DNA from: Lama glama
Taxonomy: Eukaryota
DNA: 64,000 bases
Direction: 5' to 3'
NCBI GenBank assembly: GCA_028534125.1
Contig: CM052817.1
Coordinates: forward strand, 37,822,001 to 37,886,000
Position 1 is the first letter of the stretch; each line of letters begins with the position of its first letter. The notes beneath the pieces are model-generated. The model had not been told where the DNA came from and did no database searches. It was given only the letters and a program-made list of their open reading frames with translations. This document shows, piece after piece, positions 47,371 through 59,900 of the stretch. The position numbers were made by a program, and so were the translations under genes.

Positions 47371-50007
47371 CCTTCTCAGAATTAAAGGTAAAAGCTGGAC
47401 CTGAATGGAGCCTTAAACACAAATGTGATTTGAATTCCAGGTAATAGGAAGAACAGGGACTTTAAGAAATTATAACAACATAAAGTAAAAAGAGATAGAA
47501 ATGAGCATAACAAGTTTGTGGAACCAAAAGTCTTACAAGTGGGATGAAACAGAGAATAGATTTATCATTATAGGGCTGCTCTGTTTGGCTTCTCAGTGGC
47601 TGCAAGTTACTCAGATGGGAAACTAAATCCTTAGGTTTATTTAACCTTACTAAGATCAACATAAGTAGCCCTTGTATTGTATACAATTTTAAAGGGTTTT
47701 CACTGTTTGGTGATACCTTAGGCTATCTCTTAAGAAGATAGATTTGGGACTTCCATTATTTGAGAGGTCTCAAGTAATTTGATGTCAGATCAGGAAAATA
47801 ATAATCTTTTCCTGGAGCTTATTTGAAGAATGAGTCAGTATAAATTTTAGGATATTTCAGATTCTTCATAAAGAATTCTCTGTATTCTGATAAACAGTAT
47901 AACAGAACTATTACTAAAATAAAAGTAGGAGATATTAATGAAGATTTGATTAACATAAATCCTCAGCTTATTGGGAAATTGAGTCTACAGTTTAACAGCA
48001 TTCATTACATGTAATAATATATTATTTACAATGTAGATACCAGAAATGATGGATGCCAGATGTTTTGAAGTTTTCTTTCTAGTTGTACTTTTGGAAGGTC
48101 TAGTTGGTTTTTTGGTGCTTTAAATCCTTAAGGCCCACTTTGAAATGCCTTTAAGTTTGAGAATGAATAACCTTGACGGTATTGTCTTTACAAAGTCATT
48201 ATAAATCTTAAGAATCAACATAATCCTGCTTTGGAATGTAGTTTATTAAGGTTTAAAGATATTATACCCCTCCTTTCCCCACTCCATAAAAGAAAAGATT
48301 GAATAAAATGTATTTGGGAAAAACTATGTGAAATAGTGGGTAGGAAACAATTAGTTTAAGCTGTTTTTCATTTTTTATGAATTTCAGCCAAATATATCAT
48401 GTCATATGTCTGTTGACTATCCTCTTGCCAATCAGGGTTCAGGTCAGCAGTGTGGAACATGGCAGGCAATCAGACCTCACATGCTGACTTTTTTCCTAGT
48501 CTTGTTCCTAAGTATAGATGTCTGACTCTGTGTTATGATCTAAGGAGCCAAAACACCCTCTGGTCCATAACTCTCTCTGCTTCTGAACCTGATACAGTGT
48601 GTGAAATTTCCCACTTACTCCTTTAGTTGAAGACTGTTCCTATTAAAATAGAAATGTTATGAGGTAAATTGGTTGGCTAGCTAGCCTGATAAACTAACTT
48701 GAGTTAAGGTATGAATTGGTGATAATGGGTTTTGAATCTAGGTAATATCCACACTTGGATAAATGTCTTAGTGCATTAACACAGAAGACTAAAGAAGTGC
48801 AATGTATGGGAAAGATTTTTATATAGGAAGGGAATCAAGACTGGTCTGAAAGAGAGTGCTTTGTAGGGGTTCAGCAGATTATTTAAACTTTTCACTGTAT
48901 TGTCTGTGGAAAAGGAAGAGGACTTGATGTTGGATTCTCATTGCAGCTTTGTCATGAATTAATATTCCTTTGGGCAAGTCCTAACCTAGCTGAGTTTCAA
49001 CTGTGTGTGTGAGGGAGTTGTGATAGATGATATTTAAATTTCTCTTTAACTCTAAAAATTGTATGGATTAAATTGTACAGATTGAATTAAAGCATGGGAT
49101 AATAATGCCCAAAAGGCCAGGCCAAGTGGAGTACCTTTGTGATGGTAGCCTTGGCCAGTGAAGGGGCTTCATGGGGATGAAACGCAGCTTCACAGACAGG
49201 TAAAGGGGAAGATAGGCCAGATGGAGGCTTAGAAGGGCCTGGAGGACAGACTTGCCTATTCCCAGTTTTGCTTTGGCCCTCTCCCTTTTGTTATCTTTAG
49301 CTTAATTCTACCCATTCTCACTCTAAATCTGGAGATACCATATTTTAGTTATAGGAAGTCACTTCTCATTATTGAGACTTGATTATCCATCAGGAAGATG
49401 GTTTATGTGTGGGCAACATTTGACTGCATCTATTTTACATATTTTTATCTTTAGTAAAATTATCCTCTGCTATTGAAGGACTGGTCTGCACAAATGTTTT
49501 TTCATAGATCTATTTATGAGAGGAGTTCTTAAAAATCTGACTTTAAAAATCATGATTTCTAAGCTGTATCGAAATTTACCAACACACCAGGTGAAGCTAT
49601 TGACATCTTAATCACCTTGGATGTCACATCAATACAACACAATTCACATGAAGGTTAAGATATTTTCAATGGGTGGATTACTATGGTCATCTCTGAAGAA
49701 TGAGTAAGACACAGCTCTTCCTTTTTTCCCTCCCTCTCTCCTTTTCTTCCTTCTTTTTTATCTGTTCCTCCCTCCTACCAACTCTCCTTCCCTTCTTTCC
49801 TTCCTTCCTTCTCCTTCACATATTCACTGGCTACCTCCTCTGTGCTAGATACTGCCGCATCAAAAATAAATTCATCTGACACATCGGACAGAGAGTTCCT
49901 TTAACAGAGGCTGAGTTCAGGGAGCAGTGCAAGTGACTCAGCCTGGTACCACCCAGACATTCTCGACTGGGGCACCGCAGAATGACATGAGTCCCAGTTC
50001 TCCCAGG

Positions 50008-50512
50008 CAGCAGTTCTCAGACTTCGTGGTCTCACGATTCCTTTATACAACTTAAAATTATTGAGAAACCTGAAGAACTTCTGTTTACGTGGGTTATATC
50101 CATTGGCATTTACCATATCGGAAATTAAGATATAAATTTGAAATAGATAATTAAGAATTAGCAACAGTGAGCCTGTTACATATGATAAATAAAATAATGT
50201 ATCTTTTAATGAAAACTGCTTTTTATAAGCCAAAAATAATTGTGACAAAGTATTACATTTCTGCAAATCTACTTAATGACTGGCTTCATGGAAAACCCCT
50301 GAATTCTCTTATCTACTTATGCCTTCAGTCTGCTATTATATCATACAACATGCAGCCCCTGGAGGGCTCTACTGTACATTTGAGAGAAAATGAGAGTGGA
50401 AGTGGCCAACTATGTCTTAATAGTATTTGGAGTTAGTTTTGACTCAGGGACCCCCCTGAAAATGTCCTGGGGACCTTCAGGGTATCTGTTTACTATACTT
50501 TGAGAACCACTT
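50008..50512. mobile_element. Charlie4a-like hAT element
   Basis: TIRs cagcagttctca / tgagaaccact; aaaattattgagaaacc...tgggttatatc. Confidence 0.75.
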
Positions 50513-50799
50513 GTAAAAAGCATCTCTTATAATGTGATAAATTAACATCTCTTTTATGCATATAGAATGGTACTATTCTCAGAAAAATAGAGAAAATAGT
50601 GTGTTTGATCATTCAGAGGAGGAACCCTAGACAAGAAAAGTCTGTAAGATTGTAGCTTCCACGAAGGCAGAGATCTATTTCTCTTTTTTACCTATTAGCT
50701 GTCACAGGGCCTGATGTATCGTTGACTCTGTGAATCTCAATGATGGAACATTCTAGTAAGGCAGATGTATTTTCATTAGTCACAATAACCCTAGGTGGA

Positions 50800-51260
50800 A
50801 TATGGTGAGTGCTACAAATAATGTTAAATGGGTCTTGTGGAGTTGGAGGGAGCCCCATTTTCCACTGAGGTTTTAGAAGGGATTCATGGAAGAAACAGGA
50901 TCAGAGTGGAACTGTGAAGATGATTTTAGTAGTCAGTGTTGGAGTTGGAAAGGCTACTTCTAGAAGAGGGAACAGAATGAGCAAAGAGAAGCGTGGACTT
51001 GGGTTCAGAAGGGTTTAGGCTTGGGTGACCGAGGCACAGAGGAGATGGTAGTCAGAGATATGGCTGGAAAAATAGACTGAGGTTCTCAGTGCTCTAGGAA
51101 GGAATCTGGGTCTGTTTCCACAGATAGTGGAGAGCTCCTGCTGTTTTCTGATCAAGTTTAAGAAAATGAATCCGGTAGCAATAACGAGAGTAGTTTGGAG
51201 AGGGGAGAGAATGGAGGCCGGCTGAGCTATTAGGAGGGGGGCGCTGAGAATCCAGCATGG
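50800..51260 (-). mobile_element. L2 fragment
   Basis: ttctagaagagggaacagaatgagcaaag; gatagtggagagctcctg. Confidence 0.55.
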
Positions 51261-52009
51261 AGAAGAGTTAGTAAGAATCAGTGGAGAAGGATCCAGTAGA
51301 TAAAGAAGGCCTCCACTTCGGTAGTTTGGAGTAAGAAGTTGCAAAAGAGATAGGGCTTCAGTCAGTAAGGAAGGGGAATGCCAGATTCTTTATGATTTCA
51401 TTGTAGACCCAGCCACAGTATTACTGAGCAGTTATACAGAAGTCCTTGGACTTTGGTTTCTCCATATGTAAAATGCAGCAATGGATTGCTTGCCAATTTG
51501 TGTCACAAGAGTTTATGTAAAGATTAACGAGCTCTTTGGCAGAAAGGCACTCTATTAATCTCAGCCATCAATAATAAAAATGAGAATGTTTGCCAGATGC
51601 TTTTGCTCCTATGTTGAAGGCTGCTATGCAAATAAGAAATACTGCTTGGAACTATTGTCACTGTTAATGATAGTAAAGTCATCACCATGAAATGCCTACA
51701 CAGCAAACTTACTCTCTGTCAATTCCAAAGTGGGAAGATGAAACCAGGCATGGAAGTCCATTCCATTTTGTCTATTATGAATCTTGCTATTGTAAACTAT
51801 TTTCCTGGTTAGGAGGGACATCATTTTAAGAGTATTTGAATTTCACTGAATCTCATTACTTCCATCACTCTATTCTGGTCAGGTTTTTCATCACTATCAG
51901 AGGCCTCATTATCCTGACTTCTCTGCGCAGGTAGAGGTGGTACTACTTGATATGTGCATTTGTGTTCTTGTTAATTGTGGCCACTTCTATTAATTTAACA
52001 CACAGCTTT

Positions 52010-52230
52010 ATAGCATGGTGGTCAAGCATGTAAACTCCAAAGTTAGACCATCTGGTTTAAACCCAAATTCTATTATCTCCCTTGAGATCCTGGTTAATTC
52101 ACATAATCTCTGAAGGAAACAGATGTTTCCTTATCTGTAAAAACGGTGCTAATAAAGATGGTGATCTTGTGAGGTTATTGTGAGTGTATGAATACAAAAC
52201 ACAAGGCATAAGGTACTCAGTAACTGCCAG
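52010..52230 (+). mobile_element. MIR SINE
   Basis: tttccttatctgtaaaaacggtgctaata...gttattgtgag. Confidence 0.65.
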
Positions 52231-53479
52231 GTTTTATTCTGTTTTTCATCAAATTTATTACTGTTATCATCAACATGTCTTCTTCTTTAATCGGGTTCCT
52301 GTTCCATACCTTGTTAATTCATTATTTGTTTACTCGTAGTTAATTTGTGACCATACAATTGATCAGCAGCTTTTTCTTTATTTAGAATAAACTTTTTGAG
52401 GAATCCCCCAAATCTTAAATTTTATTCATTATTTTATAAATATATATATATATATGTACACACACACATATATGTTCATATATATGTATATATATATATG
52501 TATGTTATATTCCTGCCAGGCTTTCCCTTGCCTAGCAAATCAGGTATTTAATTCTGCTGTGAGTATAAAGGATCCAGTAACTTGTTCTAACCATCTAACT
52601 GGTATTATTTCCCATGGCACATTGTTATCCTCCCACACAACCATCTTGTAAAGAAAATTTGCTGGCCATCTTCCTTCTTGAGTCTTGTATTTTATTTAAT
52701 CTTTTCCCAAGGTCTGTAACAGTATGTTTCTGTCCTTGCTATCAATCATGTCTCTCTGGACTTCTAAAGGCACCTTCTCATATTAACTCAAACCCTTTGA
52801 GGCCCGTTGTAACATACACCAAACCCTTAATACGTAATGTTGAAGCTCAGTGAGTGTTTGGAGCTACAACCAAACCTGTGCTCTGCTCACTAAACCAAAA
52901 CTCATTTTTATAATTTGCATAAATATCTCAAGAATTGTTGGACTGCTGTGCTCCTGCTCAGCACCCAATCAGTTGTTACCCATTACTATTGATACACGAT
53001 GCTTATAAATTCCTGTGAGTTTCGGCTGAATGTATCATTGACAGATTCTCCTCTTGTCTTAGTTGCATGGGTGACTGAATATTTATCCACCATCTCTCTC
53101 TGCATTGTCTCTAACTTCCATGGGGCAGAAACCAGAGGAAGGCAGTGGTCTTGCTTCCTATGAAAAGTTGATCCTTATTTGCTGATAGTGAATCTGTTCG
53201 AATTGTAGAGGACAGAATGAAAATGACTACTGAAAATAGCTGCTATTAGAGGTGGGATGATGACTGAGTAGTGAGGCAAATCAAAATATATTAGCATTTA
53301 ATCAATTCTTTCTTTTATGATTCTAAAGTTGAGTATCAGCCTTAATCATTCTGGTTTAGAAGTTGTTTAGCTGGATATACCAGGAGGGAGTTTCCTTTTT
53401 GAAAACTGTCATACTCCATCTGATATTAGGTCACTGAAGTTTAAATTTAACACCTCAGCTTTACACATCTTTCAATATG

Positions 53480-54190
53480 AGGTTTACTTACTTTAGCCAT
53501 CTGCTAATTTTGTGATCTTGGCTGTGTTAACCAATGCCTGATTTCTTTGTTTTCTCACTTGTAAAATAGGAACAATAAATGTATGTGTCTCATAGGGTAG
53601 TTTTGGAAATTTCGCTTAATTTTTTGCAAGAGATGTAAGATAGAAGAGATTTAAAGTTATTAGAACAGTGCCCGGGACGGAGCAAACTTCAGTACCCATT
53701 AGCAAGTATTATTTATTACCCATCTGAAGTAGCATGGTGGTTTAGACCTTCATTCTGGAATCAGACTTTTGGACTTGAGTCCTAACTCTGTCGCTTACTG
53801 CCTGGGTAATTTTGGAGCCCTTCATGACTTCTCTGAACCTCTGTTTCATTTATAATTGGGACAGTAACAGTACCTACTTAACAAGGTTTATGTAAGGAAT
53901 AAATGGAAATCACTTAGCATAATTTTCACTGACTATTAGATATTATTTTTATAATCTTTATGACATGAATTATATAGTAATCATAGTAGTAAATGCTTAT
54001 AGAGAACTTACTCTAAGCCAGGCAATATCCCAAGTACATTACACATATTACCTCATTTATTCTTCACAATACCTTACGGTAAGGTAGGTACTATTATCAT
54101 GCTCCTTTTACAGATGAACAAATTGTGGCACAGAGAGGTCAAGCAACATGTTCAAGGTCCCAGAGTTAGTGAGTGGCGGAGCAGAATCTG
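53480..54190. mobile_element. Cluster of three MIRs (two +, one -)
   Basis: MIR cores near 53510-53700, 53730-53930 and 53985-54190 (ctttacagatga...cacagagaggtcaagcaac). Confidence 0.7.
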
Positions 54191-54326
54191 TACTCTTCTG
54201 TATTACACTTTATTGACTCTTGTGAAAAATAAAGAAAAATGTTGACTACAGTGTCTGAAGAGTGAAATTAGACTGTTGGACTAATGATTGAAGCTCTCAC
54301 TGTGTCCTGTCCTCTTTCAAACTCTT

Positions 54327-54645
54327 AATGAACTCATCTACAAAACAGAAACAGACTCGCAGATGTAGTAAACAAACTTATGGTTACTGGGGGTAAGGGG
54401 GTGGGAAGGGATAAATTGGGAGTTCAAAATTTTCAAATACTAATTACTATATATAAACTAGGTAAACAAATTTCTTCAGTATAGCACAGGGAACTATATT
54501 CAATATCTTGTGGTAATCTCTAATGAAAAAGAATATGAAAAGGAATGTATGTGTGTATATGTATGACTGAACTATTATTCTGTACACCAGAAACTGACAC
54601 AACATTGTAAACTAACTATACTGCAATAAAAAAGTTAAAAAAAAG
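54327..54645 (+). mobile_element. Truncated L1 3' end
   Basis: aatgaactcatctacaaaacagaaacagactc...gcacagggaactatattcaata...aataaaaaag. Confidence 0.85.
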
Positions 54646-55477
54646 AAATAGTATTTAACATTAAATTAAAAACAAAAAACCCTAAATCTATTCATGTGGT
54701 CAGTTAAACCCGGTTAAAATGAAGATTGATAAGTAGCTCTGGGGAAGAAGAGAAGGTAAGGCAGTTCGTAATAGGGAAAACTGAAGTCTCCATGCTTGAG
54801 GAAGGAAGGGAAGCCTCTAGTCCTCTGGCCTCAGATAAGCTCCTTTTGTCCTGGGATGAGGTGAGAGGACCGGTTTTACATGAAGATTTCTGCTCTGATT
54901 TAGCTCCAACTTCTCCCCTTTTCCTGCTACTTACTTCAGTCATTGCACGGCTCTGTCTGAAGCCCCAGGCAATCACATACATTTACTATTTATTTATTTA
55001 TAAAGAAAATAAATGTGATTTTATTCTACTTTGTGGTGCATATGTCCCTGGTGAGCCAACCTTTGTCCTGGGCTGCAGCCCTGCTTTTCTACTCCATGGA
55101 ACAGAATAGTGCCTGACTGCAGGGGACAGTGTCAAAGGGCTTTGGCTTTCAAGTCATACAGATCAGATACTAATTCCCAGTATGACACTGGGCAATTAGT
55201 TAGCAACTTGAAGACTTGGTTTCCTTATCTGTGAAGTGGTCATGTTTTACATAGCCATAGTTTTTGAGGGAATTGAATGTAAAACATTTTAGTATGGTGT
55301 CTGGCTAGAGCAGGGAATTACATTTTATTATCGTTATCATAACTCTCAAACTTTTGAAAAAGATTGGTTTGCTTTGGCTCATTACCAAGCAGTTTCATAT
55401 AGAAATAACTAAAGAAACTCAGTTATTATCATGGCAAATGCCCTGGGGTACTTTTAATAAAATAAAATAAATTTTAT

Positions 55478-55930
55478 AATAAAATAATGCCATTTGCAGC
55501 AACATGGATGAAACTGGAAAATGTCACTCTAAGTGAAGTAGGCCGGAACGAGAAAGAAAAATACCACATGATATCACTTTTATGTGGAATCTCAAAAAAA
55601 AAAAAAAAAAGACGAACTTATTTACAAAACAGAAACAGATTCACAGACAGAAAACAAACTTACCGTTCCCAGGGGAAGAAGAGGGTGGGAAGGGATAAAT
55701 TGATAGTTTGAGACTTGCAGATACTAATGTATATATAATAGATAAACAGCAAGTTTATACTGTACAGCACAGGGAACCATATTCAATACCTTGTAGTGAC
55801 CTATGGTGAAGAAGAACATGAGAACAAATGTATGCATGTTCCTGTGTGACTGGAGTATTGTGCTGTAGTCCAGAAATTGACACAACATTGTAAACTGACT
55901 GTGCTTCAATAAAAATATATTAAAAAATAA
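55478..55930 (+). mobile_element. Truncated L1 3' end
   Basis: ORF 55487 MPFAATWMKLENVTLSEV...EKEKYHMISLLCGI (L1 ORF2 end). Confidence 0.9.
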
Positions 55931-57029
55931 AACAAATCTTATGTTCATCCTCATTAGCATGTATGCTCTGGGATGACACCCCTCTCCACCCAGGTTTGGG
56001 GAAAGCAAGCTGTGAAAAGGGTATAGGGTTGGGAAGTGCAAGAAAAAAGTGGGTCTAGAAAATAATACTCCGCTGTTTGTATAAGTGAGATAATGTATGT
56101 GGACGTGCTTTGCAGATTCTCAACTTCTTTGCAAATATAAGATTAAAAAAAAATTCCGTAGAAATTCTGACAAGAAAAAAAGTAAGGAATTAGTTGAGTC
56201 AACAAAGGCAGGGAGCAGAGGAAGTCTTGCATGATGTGCTAAGGAAAGTATGATTGGGTTGGAGGAAATCAGAATTTGAGCAATTGGATTATTAGAAAAA
56301 GGCATGTAGATAGATCTTGGAAAAGTGTATATGATAAGGATAAATTAACCAGTCTGATAGTGTTTGAATATTTTGGTAAATCAGTAGGGGTTTGAGTGCC
56401 AGGTAGAGGAGTCTAAATGACATTCAGTCAGTCTCAGCCTATCCCAGCATCAGTGCTTGGTCCCATATGCTGATTCAGTTGGTGATCCAGGAAAGCAGAG
56501 AGCAGCATTTTCTTTCATTATATGCAGAGTGGCTATAGCAGATAAATTGGGTGCCCTGCTTCAGCTCTTGACTGAGTCACTGATATAAAGACTATTTGCA
56601 ATAATCCCTCTTCTTGGGTTGTGAGCTTGGGTGCAGATGTCATGTTGGGTGCAGATGTCTACCATATTATGGACCTAGAATTTGCACCACTTTCCACTTC
56701 CCCATTCTCTCTCTGATATGAGGCAGTTTCTTCTTTATGACTCTTGAACACAAAGGGCTTATTACCTGTCTTATTCTAGACATCCACTCATGCAAGTATG
56801 GACAGAGACCTTGACAGTGCTTGAGGTATCCATCTGAAGTGACTCAGGTATGATTTGCCTTTCCTGGGTGATCGAAGTGATTATCAAACCTCTATCACTA
56901 GTGCAAAAAACTGTTTCTTAATTTAAGCTGTGGCAAGACTTCTTAATGCATTAAACTTACCACGTGGAGGTACAGGTAATCTGGATGCACCGTAAGTTAC
57001 CATATTGATTCCAAGGATAGATTTCATTA

Positions 57030-57330
57030 CATTTATTCATTCAATGAATATTTATTAAATACTAGCTATGTTCTAGCTGTGGCGATACAGTAATGAATAT
57101 AATGAACGAAAAAAATCACCTCTGATCATCTCTGTCTTCATGAGCTTATGTTCTGGTTGAAGCAGATTGACAGTAAACCAGAAGAATAAATAAAATATGT
57201 TGTATATTAGATGTTTGAAATGGTCAAGGAGAATATTAAAGCAGGAAAGTGGATTGGAGAGTGTGGTAGAGGTTTAGAATTTCAGATACGGTGACAAGGG
57301 AAGGGCTTCCTGGAGTGTTATTAAGCAAAG
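57030..57330 (-). mobile_element. L2 fragment
   Basis: tttattcattcaatgaatatttattaaatactagctatgttc. Confidence 0.65.
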
Positions 57331-58609
57331 ACCTTCTTTGATAGGTCTTCATGAGCATGTGTTCCTTCTCTGCACGATTCTGTGTTTGTCCCTTTTAAAG
57401 CTGTGTACTTGATACAAGTGATAGCTCTTCCTGGATAAGTCCTCTAAGTCTTACCTTCCCAGATAAGACCCTCTACTCAAGGGTCTGTGGGTGCCCCTAA
57501 CTGCTTGATAGAACCTCCAAACAAGTTCTCGAAAATCGCTTGTAGGAGAAAGTAGAGTTGTCAAGCTTAAGTGAAAACATTCGATTCTGCTTAAGACCAG
57601 GTCTCAAGCAGCAAAGGCCAACTTCCAGAGTTAGTCGCAGTGATTTAGCTTTCCCCAGATATACTTACCGCTAATTTAAAAGAAAACATCTTAAAACATT
57701 TTTATTGTCTCGCTTCCATGAAATTGATTCTTCCCTAACTTAGGAATTATCTGACATTAATTTATAGAAATAATTTCATGTTCTAGTTGTTTTCTAAATG
57801 TTATTGTGTGACATTTCTTTGCTCATTCATTTATTATTTGATCTTATACTGATTTCAACATGAATTATGCTTGTCTTTTTATGTTAGAAAAGTCTTTTGA
57901 TTCTGGTTTGAGTTCTTTTGACTAATTTCCAACTCAGGGGGCATCTCTGACATTATATGAGCTGTGTGATATATTATTGTTTGCAGGGAGATAGAGAGAC
58001 AGACATAAAGATAAAGAGGGAGAGAGGAAGGAGGAGGAGGAGAAAGAGGGAAAAAGAGAGCAAGAAGATGAAAAGCCAAATGATTTTTAAAAACCTCTTA
58101 GCCTGTCATTTCTATCTGTAGTGACATTATTTGGTTGTTGTTTGTTACCTTACACTCTAAGGCAGGATCATTATGGACAGAGTATAAATTTTAAAAATAA
58201 CTCTTCACATAGTGTTTATATTCCAGTGTCTTCAACATGTTTGCTATAAAGGGCGTTTAGCTTTAGTTTCTAAGAGCTTTGTGATCTTTTAGTTTGAACA
58301 AACTTCAATGCCTAGCACAATGTAACACAGACAACAAATAATTAATGTTTATTGGCCAAATTAAAGTATATATCAGGGGTTATCCCACGTATTTTATAAG
58401 TTACCTTTTGCTGCATCAAAGCTATTCAGGGGACGTTGGAAGTGCAGGTTTGGTGTGTGAAGATGGGCATTGACAGTTAAGGCCCGCAGAGAATCTAATC
58501 AGTGAGTGCAGGTAGAAAATTAGGCTATCTTTCTTCCTCTTTCCTCCCTCCTACTTCTTCCTGTTAGCATTGATAATCTCTCTCTCTCTCTCTCTCTCTG
58601 TCTATTTAT

Positions 58610-59650
58610 ATGTATGTTTTTGAATGCCTATTATTCTAGGTGCTGAGTTCAGAAAAGGTCTAGTCCTCATAAGATCCTAGTCTGGTGAGGGACACAGACA
58701 TTTCCCTTCATAGCATCTGTCGCAATTTGTAATGATATAATTTATGTGCATGTTTACTTTAGATATTTAAATAAAATATGAGACATATTACCAGGAGGGG
58801 GCTACAGTATTTTTGCAAGGGAGCTGAATATAGTTTAGGTGTCAGAGAAAGTCTCCTTGAGTAAAGATGGTTGGGTAGGAATTACTCGGATGAAGGAAGG
58901 AGGTTGGTGGAGTAGGAGAAAGTTTCTGACTGAGGAAACAGCATCTGTGAGGATCCAGAGGTGACAAAAAGTTGAAGAGCTGCAAGTTGTGCAAGAGAGA
59001 GAAGAAGAAGAAGAAATGAGGCTTAAGAAGTACGCACGGTCCAGATTCCATTATGAAGAGCTTTGCGTGCCATATCCATTATATTGCAGAAGAGTTTTAA
59101 GCACAGGGTTGGAAGCATGATCAGATGTGAGGGTTAGAATAATGTTCCCTTTGCTGTATGTAAAATGTTCAGAGACGGATGAGACAAACAGTGAAGAGAC
59201 AAGGAGCTGCTGCAGCGGTCCAGGAAAGACACAGTGGTGGCCTGGACTAGCTGCTGTGGAGTTTGAAGAGAAGGGGCTGGATGTGCTCAAGGGATGTTTA
59301 GGGGGTTGGTAGAATCTGCAGGACTTGTCTGCATTTGGAAGATGAGGGGAATGACAGAGTAAAACATGATTCCTGGTTTCTGGCTTGGATGACTGTGTGG
59401 GTGGTGATTGCAAGTTTAGAGAAAAGGAACACTGGAGGAGGAACAGGCTTGGAAGGAAGATGAATTCAGCTGTGGACATGTTGAATCTAAGATATCCAGT
59501 AGGCAGTTGCATATGTATGTTTAGAGTTTAAGAAATAAGTGTGGGCTGAAGATTCCATTTAGGCTTCATCAGCAAGGAGAAGGGCACTGTAGCCTGGGGA
59601 AGAGAGAATCTAGGAACAAACCTTGATAAACACTGACAGAGAAGGAGAGA
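58610..59650 (-). mobile_element. Long L2 fragment
   Basis: gatgaattcagctgtggacatgttgaatctaagatatcc; source of ORF 59051-59512. Confidence 0.75.
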
Positions 59651-59684
59651 TCAGAGAAACAGGAAAATTATAACAAAAACAATA

Positions 59685-59900
59685 AAAGCTAAAATGTATA
59701 TGACAATTACCAGAAATCAGGTACTATTTTATGTGCTTTTACATATATTAAATCAGTTTAATCACCTTGAGAGTTTGGTGCTACTGTTATCTCTGATTTT
59801 GTGGATGAAAAATACGTAAGTCCAAAAGAAGTCACGTGACTTACAGACAGTCACACAGCCAGTAGATGTCAGAACTGACTTAAACATAGGCGTTCTGGCT
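59685..59900 (-). mobile_element. MIR SINE
   Basis: ttttacatatattaaatcagtttaatc...gatgaaaaatac...gtcacacagccagtag. Confidence 0.6.

Noticed and set aside
51228..51246. CTCF site (ggggggcgct)
   Set aside because: Only the 3' half of the motif matches, and it lies within an L2 fragment.
57661..57670. ATACTTACC as a U1 snRNA 5' end
   Set aside because: The match stops after 9 nt and no U1 body follows.
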